Assembly (NCBI GenBank): GCA_963771465.1
Contig: CAVYTU010000016.1
Span: forward strand, 32,001-96,000
Length of the DNA: 64,000 nt
Origin: an uncultured delta proteobacterium
GTDB lineage: Bacteria; Desulfobacterota; Binatia; UBA9968
Direction of reading: 5' to 3'
A model generated the notes under the pieces. The model was not told the DNA's origin, made no database searches, and saw nothing but the letters and a program-made list of their open reading frames with translations. Positions 58,174 to 64,000 of this stretch are shown here, piece after piece. Both the position numbers and the translations under genes were made by a program. Each line of letters opens with the position of its first letter. Within the stretch, counting starts at the first letter, position 1.

Positions 58174-59550
58174 ATGGCTGCCTTAGAAGATAATCTGCGC
58201 AAAGTGCCGCCGCAAAACTTGGAGGCCGAGTCTTCCGTGCTCGGCGGTATCATGCTCGAGAACGAAGCGGTCAACCAAGTTCTCGAACTCCTGCGGCCGG
58301 AGGACTTCTACCGCGAGTCGCACCGTAAGGTTTTCCGCGCCATGATCGAAATCACCGATCGCAGCGAGCCGGTGGATTTGATCACGCTCAGCGAGTTTCT
58401 CAAGGGCAAACAGGAGTTGGAAGCGGTCGGCGGCACGGCCTATTTGGCGTCGCTGGCCGATTTTGTGCCGACGGCGGCGAACATTTCCTACTACGCCCGC
58501 ATCGTGCGTGAGAAGTCGATTTTGCGCAGCTTGATTTCCACCGCCACCGAGATCGCCACGCGCGGCTACGAAGAGCAAGGCAGTGTCGAAGAGTTCCTCG
58601 ACGCCGCCGAAAAAGTCATCTTCGACATCTCCGAAAAAAAGATCAAAGCGTCCTTCGTCGCCGTTGGCGACATGATCACGGACACGCTGAAAACCGTCGA
58701 GAAACTTTATCAGCGTAAAGAGATGATCACCGGTGTGTCCACCGGGTACGAAGATCTGGACAAGATCACCGCGGGCTTGCAGCCCGCCGATTTGATCATT
58801 GTCGCCGGCCGTCCCGGCATGGGCAAAACCGCCTTCGCTCTCAACATCGCCACCAACGCGGCTTACACCGGCGTCGGCGCCGCGATATTTTCCCTTGAAA
58901 TGGCCAAAGAACAATTGGTCCTGCGCATGCTTTGTTCCGAGGCGCGCGTCAATAGCTCCAAAGTTCGCTCTGGCTATTTAGGCGAGCGCGACTTTCCCCA
59001 GCTCGCCAAGGCGGCCGGCCGCTTGCACGATGCGCCGATCTATATCGATGACACACCGGCGATTTCCGTCCTTGAGCTGCGCGCCAAGGCGCGCCGTTTG
59101 TTGCGCGACCGTTCGAAGAAGGTCGGCTTGATCGTGGTCGATTACTTGCAGTTGATGCGCGGCATGGGCAACGCCAACAACCGCGAGCAGGAAATTTCTG
59201 AAATCTCACGCTCCCTAAAAGCACTCGCCAAGGAGCTCAATGTTCCCGTGATCGCGCTCTCGCAGCTTAATCGCAAGGTCGAAGATCGAACCGGGAGAAA
59301 GCCGCAGATGTCCGACCTTCGTGAATCCGGCGCCATAGAACAAGACGCAGATGTGATCATGTTCATTTACCGCGAAGAGCTCTATGACAAAAGCAACGAC
59401 GACGTAAAAGGTATGGCGGAGGTTATCGTCGAAAAACAGCGTAATGGGCCTACCGGTACCGTCAAACTTACGTTCATTGGCGAGTTTACCCGTTTCGAAA
59501 ACTACACGGAGCGGGATTTCGGCGGCTACGACGAAGCGGACGAAGCGTAG
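58174..59550 (+). CDS. dnaB: Replicative DNA helicase
   Basis: PPQNLEAE, Walker A GRPGMGKT, FSLEM, VVDYLQL, LSQLNR, SDLRESGAIEQDAD, KQRNGP; no intein. Confidence 0.98.
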   Translation: MAALEDNLRKVPPQNLEAESSVLGGIMLENEAVNQVLELLRPEDFYRESHRKVFRAMIEITDRSEPVDLITLSEFLKGKQELEAVGGTAYLASLADFVPTAANISYYARIVREKSILRSLISTATEIATRGYEEQGSVEEFLDAAEKVIFDISEKKIKASFVAVGDMITDTLKTVEKLYQRKEMITGVSTGYEDLDKITAGLQPADLIIVAGRPGMGKTAFALNIATNAAYTGVGAAIFSLEMAKEQLVLRMLCSEARVNSSKVRSGYLGERDFPQLAKAAGRLHDAPIYIDDTPAISVLELRAKARRLLRDRSKKVGLIVVDYLQLMRGMGNANNREQEISEISRSLKALAKELNVPVIALSQLNRKVEDRTGRKPQMSDLRESGAIEQDADVIMFIYREELYDKSNDDVKGMAEVIVEKQRNGPTGTVKLTFIGEFTRFENYTERDFGGYDEADEA

Positions 59551-59626
59551 CGCTGCGCACCTCATTAGATTACAAATTTCCAATTTCACAATTCTCGACC
59601 ATTGCACGAGCGGATTCTGTTAATCG

Positions 59627-60490
59627 ATGCAGACCAGGTTAATCAAGCGGTGGCTCTTGCTTGCCGCAGGGCTGCTGCTTTTATCGCTCTCCAGCGCCGG
59701 CCAAATCAAAGCGGCCAGTGCGCCGGCGTTACTGCTCGCCAATGAGCTTGGGCCCAACGTCGACCCGGCGCAGTATCTGGTCAGTGAAAAATTTGACGGC
59801 GTGCGGGCGGCGTGGGATGGCAAGGTGCTGCGCTTTCGCAGCGGCCGAGTCGTGCCCGCGCCGGCGTGGTTTATCGCCAAACTCCCTCCCCAACCTCTCG
59901 ATGGTGAGCTTTGGCTGGCGCGCAACCGCTTCGATGCGCTCTCCGGGATGGTACGCAAGAGCGAGCCGGTCGACGACGAATGGCGCCAGATTAGCTATCT
60001 GATCTTCGAGTTGCCCGGCGCGTACGGCATTTTCGCCGAGCGGGCCGAGCGCATCAAAGAGATCGTCGCCCAGACGCAGTGGCCGAAGTTGATCGCCGTC
60101 CAGCAGTTTCGCGTCGCCAATCGCGCCGCCCTCAAAAAAAAGCTCGACGAGGTGGTGCGCGCCGGCGGCGAAGGCCTAATGCTTCATCTAGCGGACGCGC
60201 CCTATGTGACCGGCCGGAGCGACGCCCTGCTCAAGCTCAAACCGTTGCAGGACACCGAGGCGGAAGTCATCGAGCATGTCGCGGGCAAAGGCAAATATAC
60301 CGGTATGCTCGGCGCGTTGCGCGTGCGTACGCCGGAGGGCAAAGTGTTTCTTCTTGGCACCGGGTTTACCGACGACGTGAGGAAAAATCCACCGCCGGTG
60401 GGCGCGACCGTCACTTACACCTATCGTGGAATAACCAAAACGGGATTGCCGCGCTTCGCCAGTTACCTGCGCGTGCGCGAGAATTTTTGA
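59627..60490 (+). CDS. Minimal ATP-dependent DNA ligase with N-terminal signal peptide (LigE-type)
   Basis: Signal peptide; motif I SEKFDGVRA, LDGELW, EGLML, LLKLKP, GTGF, PRFASY. Confidence 0.92.
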   Translation: MQTRLIKRWLLLAAGLLLLSLSSAGQIKAASAPALLLANELGPNVDPAQYLVSEKFDGVRAAWDGKVLRFRSGRVVPAPAWFIAKLPPQPLDGELWLARNRFDALSGMVRKSEPVDDEWRQISYLIFELPGAYGIFAERAERIKEIVAQTQWPKLIAVQQFRVANRAALKKKLDEVVRAGGEGLMLHLADAPYVTGRSDALLKLKPLQDTEAEVIEHVAGKGKYTGMLGALRVRTPEGKVFLLGTGFTDDVRKNPPPVGATVTYTYRGITKTGLPRFASYLRVRENF

Positions 60491-60587
60491 TTTTCTTAAA
60501 ATCTGCGATTTATTCTGACGCTCGCCTTCATGCAGCGGTTTGAAGTTGAATCAGTAAGTTTGCGCGATCCTACTGGGTCGAGGGTTT

Positions 60588-61016
60588 TCAACTGCTGATG
60601 TAGCGCACGAGTTGTTCGATGATGAACTGCTGGTCGGAGATGATCGATTTGACCAAATCGCCGATGGAGATGACACCGACGAGTTTGCCTTCGGCCATGA
60701 CCGGAAGATGTCGAATACGCTTTTCTGTTATTAAAGCCATGCACTCTTCGATGGATTGGTCGAGGTGAGTATAGACCACATGGCTGGTCATTATTTCCTT
60801 GACCAAAGTGGTCGGCGAGGCGCGCCCATGCAGAATGACCTTGCGGGCGTAGTCGCGCTCGGAAATGAGGCCAACGATTTGCGCTCCTTCCGTGACCACC
60901 AAAGCGCCGACTTGTTTTTCGGCCATGCGTTGGAGCGCGGCGAATACGGTGGCGTCGGGCTCGACGCACCAAACATCGGCTCCTTTAACCTTTAGGATGT
61001 CTCGGACCGTTTTCAT
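60588..61016 (-). CDS. CBS domain-containing protein
   Basis: VGALVV, GLISERDY, RIRHLPV, GVISIGDLVK; GGAGG RBS. Confidence 0.92.
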   Translation of the reverse strand: MKTVRDILKVKGADVWCVEPDATVFAALQRMAEKQVGALVVTEGAQIVGLISERDYARKVILHGRASPTTLVKEIMTSHVVYTHLDQSIEECMALITEKRIRHLPVMAEGKLVGVISIGDLVKSIISDQQFIIEQLVRYISS

Positions 61017-61081
61017 GGGAGACCTCCCTTTCGCCGCCGTGTAGGCTTGCAACGACTTACTTAAATAATCAGCCTCTTAGA

Positions 61082-62812
61082 TCACCAATCCCTGAAGCCA
61101 TAGCGGCGCCACAATAACGACAGCACGACGCAGACAACCAGATACAAGAGTCCAATTACCGAGACCGCTTCGACCATGTCGTTATCCCAGTACGTCCAGA
61201 GTAACATCGCCAGCACTTCATTGCCCTTTGTGGTTAAGAACATCGGCACGGTGAGCGAGCGCATAGCATGGATGGCGACCCAGAGCGCGACGGAGGTGAG
61301 CGCGGGTAACACCAGCGGTAAGGTGACGCGCGTGAACGTGGTAAACCAACTGGCGCCGCTGACGTAAGCCGCCTGCTCGAGCTCCTGATGAACTTGGATG
61401 AAGGCGGCGTTCAAAGTCCGCACGCTGAACGGCATGTAGGAAATCGTCAGCCCCAAGATGATCGGCCACAGCGTGCCCCACACCGGCGGAACGTTGACGA
61501 TAATAAAAAACCACAAGAGCGCGACGCCGAGAACGATGCCGGGATAGGCATGGGGCCAAAACGTCAACGTGTCGAGCAGCGCTTTCCATTTTAAGCTCAA
61601 ATTGGAGCGCACAATGAGCCAGGAAGCGACGCTGATCAAGGCCACGGTAATCACCGGAGTCACCAGCATGAGAATCAAAGTGTTCTTCACGCTGTCGAGA
61701 AAATTGGCGTTGCCGAACACTTCGCGGTAGCTGTCCAAATTAACTTTAGACATCATCTCCAACGACGGCGTCTGCCAGGTCGGGAACAGACTCGACCAAA
61801 CCAAAATGAAAAACGGCAAGCCGAGGGTGACCACGAGATAGATCGTGAGCATACCCGAGGCGAGGTATTTCCAGCGGCCGATGGTGATCAACTTGGGCCG
61901 GTAACCCTTACCGGAGATGGTGGCGTAGCGAAAGCCATGGCGAGTCGCTCTCTGATAGAGATAAACCAGGCCGATCAGCATGACGAGAAAAATCACCGAA
62001 TAGGCGCTGGCAACGGTGTGATTGCCCCACACACGCAGCGAGAGATACACCTGGGAAGAGAGCACATGAAAGCCGATCGGCACGCCGATCAACGCCGGGA
62101 TTTCAAAAGTCTCGGCGATGTTCATGCCGGTATAGATAGCTGCCGACAAGATCGCCGGCAGCATCATCGGCAACGTGACGCGCCGGATCGTGGTGAGCCA
62201 GCTCACTCCCGAAACCGAGGCCGCCTCTTCCAACGCCGGGTCCATGCTTCGCAGCGCCGACAGCACGATTAAAAAAGACGACGGCACGCTGCTCAAGGAT
62301 TGCAAGATAAACATTGCTGGAAGGGAGAAGATGTTGAACGGTTTAACGCCGAACAAATCTTGGCTCAGTCGATTCAATAAGCCTGCTTCCGGTCCTGCCA
62401 GAATGATGTAAGAAATCCCCATCAGTAACGACGGCACCGCGGAGGGCAACAAGATCAGCACGAAGAGCGTGCCTTTGGCCGGCATGTCGGTGCGTTCGAT
62501 CAGCCAGGCGAAACCGACGGCGAGTAGCAGTGCGATGGTCGTGCAGACGGTGACAAAGATCGCCGTGTTGAGAAACAACGTAAGCGTCGCCGGATTGCTA
62601 TAGACAAAGGTGTAGTTTCGTAAGGTGAAGAGACCGGGATTCGCCGGCGTTGGCAACGCGGTGCGAAAGCTGCTCCAGATCAGAAAAACTATCGGCGCTA
62701 GAACCAGATAGGCGATCACCGCCACAGTGCCGACCAAAATGGCGTTGGTTATGGTGAAACGCGGCAGGAATCTACTATGGTACGCGCCGCTTTCCGCTGC
62801 GACCACCTGCAT
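61082..62812 (-). CDS. Fe3+/thiamine-type ABC transporter permease (duplicated FbpB/ThiP fold)
   Basis: ERTD, two EAA loops (LEEAASVSG, LEQAAYVSGA), about 12 TM helices. Confidence 0.9.
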   Translation of the reverse strand: MQVVAAESGAYHSRFLPRFTITNAILVGTVAVIAYLVLAPIVFLIWSSFRTALPTPANPGLFTLRNYTFVYSNPATLTLFLNTAIFVTVCTTIALLLAVGFAWLIERTDMPAKGTLFVLILLPSAVPSLLMGISYIILAGPEAGLLNRLSQDLFGVKPFNIFSLPAMFILQSLSSVPSSFLIVLSALRSMDPALEEAASVSGVSWLTTIRRVTLPMMLPAILSAAIYTGMNIAETFEIPALIGVPIGFHVLSSQVYLSLRVWGNHTVASAYSVIFLVMLIGLVYLYQRATRHGFRYATISGKGYRPKLITIGRWKYLASGMLTIYLVVTLGLPFFILVWSSLFPTWQTPSLEMMSKVNLDSYREVFGNANFLDSVKNTLILMLVTPVITVALISVASWLIVRSNLSLKWKALLDTLTFWPHAYPGIVLGVALLWFFIIVNVPPVWGTLWPIILGLTISYMPFSVRTLNAAFIQVHQELEQAAYVSGASWFTTFTRVTLPLVLPALTSVALWVAIHAMRSLTVPMFLTTKGNEVLAMLLWTYWDNDMVEAVSVIGLLYLVVCVVLSLLWRRYGFRDW

Positions 62813-62815
62813 GGA

Positions 62816-63886
62816 CTATCTTTCCGGCACGGGAACGCCGAACAGTTGCAAGATCTGTGCGCCGCTTTCGCGCGCCTTGGCTTCGCGCTCTTCATCGGGA
62901 TATTCATGGAGCTTGGCGCCATGCTGCTTGAACCAGCGGCCGACGACGTTCGTGTCGTCGTAGGGATTGCCCCGGCCACGGTGTTCGTAAAGCGCGGCTT
63001 GGCCGCCGTCCGTGGTGAGCCAATGGAGAAACAGTTTCGCCGCATTAGGATGAGGCGCGTCTTTGAGCAGCGCCACCGGTTTACCGGATTCCACACCGGC
63101 GACGTCCGGTGCGACGGCGATGTTTTTTACTCCCTTGGGCTGGTAGCGGGCGAAATACTGGTGAGTGTTCGAGACCGGATTTACCCAAACCTCGCCGCGC
63201 ACCAGCATCTCCCAGCCGTCACCCGAGCCGTTATACAAGCGCGGCTGCTGCGGCACGATAACCGTCTTGACGTAGCGCATGATTTCTTCTTCGCTCCACT
63301 TCGGGTACATCGCATCCCAGAAATAGTATTGACGAATGTTGACGCCGAGCTTGCCGCGCAGCCGCGGGTCCTTCAGCTTGGCGTAGGTCAGCGGTTGCAA
63401 ATCCTTGGGCACCAAGTCTGAACGATAGACCAGCGCATAGGTGCCGCCGGGCTCAAGCGCCGAGGTCAAAGACGAGTGAACCGTCTTCTTTTTGGTCTTG
63501 GGAAATACCTCGAACCAGTCCTTCCACGGCTGAACCATGCCGGCTTTTTCCAGGTCGATGATCGAAGTGTTGATCAGGTCGGTGGTGCGCCGGCCGGAGG
63601 CGAACTCGGCTCTGAGCCTTTCAAAACCGACGGCGCCCGCCATCATCGTCTGTTCCACCTTGATGAACGGGTAGAGTTCTTTGAATGCGCCGAAGATCGC
63701 TTTGGCTTCAGTCGGCCTCCAGGTCGCGATGATTTCAAAGGTCGCATCTTTTTTCGCCGCCTCGATCAGCGCTTGCTGTTTCGCCGAAAGCGGTGCTTGC
63801 GCAGCGTCGACGGTTGCGGATGGAACCTGGGCGAATGAAAAACTAACAGCGAGCAGGGTCGAAACAACGACTGTTCTTACTTTCAT
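62816..63886 (-). CDS. ABC transporter extracellular solute-binding protein (Fe3+/thiamine-type)
   Basis: Signal peptide, LIEAAKKD, APHPNAAKLFLHWL; GAGGAGG RBS before ATG 63886. Confidence 0.88.
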   Translation of the reverse strand: MKVRTVVVSTLLAVSFSFAQVPSATVDAAQAPLSAKQQALIEAAKKDATFEIIATWRPTEAKAIFGAFKELYPFIKVEQTMMAGAVGFERLRAEFASGRRTTDLINTSIIDLEKAGMVQPWKDWFEVFPKTKKKTVHSSLTSALEPGGTYALVYRSDLVPKDLQPLTYAKLKDPRLRGKLGVNIRQYYFWDAMYPKWSEEEIMRYVKTVIVPQQPRLYNGSGDGWEMLVRGEVWVNPVSNTHQYFARYQPKGVKNIAVAPDVAGVESGKPVALLKDAPHPNAAKLFLHWLTTDGGQAALYEHRGRGNPYDDTNVVGRWFKQHGAKLHEYPDEEREAKARESGAQILQLFGVPVPER

Positions 63887-64000
63887 CGCGTACCTCCTCA
63901 ATGAATTCTGCGACTATTTCAGCGAACGATCTCTTTCTGGTTAGCTTGAGCCGTAGGTGCGCTCGTCAATCTTCTGACCATTATGTATCAGTGTCAGTTC

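Noticed and set aside
58174-59550. Intein or prophage origin for dnaB
   Set aside because: Normal length with contiguous motifs and no phage genes nearby
1-64000. CRISPR array, rRNA, tRNA or intact integrase/transposase
   Set aside because: No regularly spaced 25-45 bp direct repeats or recognisable structural RNA genes seen by eye; a covariance search could still find small RNAs

Overview
Gene-dense, GC-rich bacterial chromosomal window with about 50 CDS. I found no rRNA, tRNA or CRISPR array. The many NMT1/SsuA-type solute-binding proteins, LLM oxidoreductases, amidohydrolases and TRAP/TTT transporters resemble Candidatus Binatia (Binatota); this taxonomy is inferred from gene content only. 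The left half is mostly uptake and catabolism of organic acids and aromatics. It also holds a trypsin-like protease/FHA-membrane protein pair and an orphan exosortase-associated acyltransferase behind a sigma-54 promoter. The right half holds ilvD and a mosaic region (pobA, an orphan Tm-1-like protein, a transposase remnant). Next come a partner-switching module (periplasmic binding protein, membrane PP2C-HATPase fusion, two STAS proteins) convergent on a NOX-like flavocytochrome, and an operon joining an NAD-linked formate dehydrogenase, a MobA-MoaD fusion and a tungsten-type aldehyde oxidoreductase. The window ends with a CADD/PqqC-like diiron enzyme, queF, dnaB, a signal-peptide-bearing ATP-dependent DNA ligase and an Fe/thiamine-type ABC pair. 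Items not in the ORF track include a partial LLM gene at the left edge, a sigma-54-driven 54-aa membrane protein, palindromic heptamer arrays and a phased DnaA-box-like array before dnaB. All product calls come from motif recognition by eye, not from database searches.
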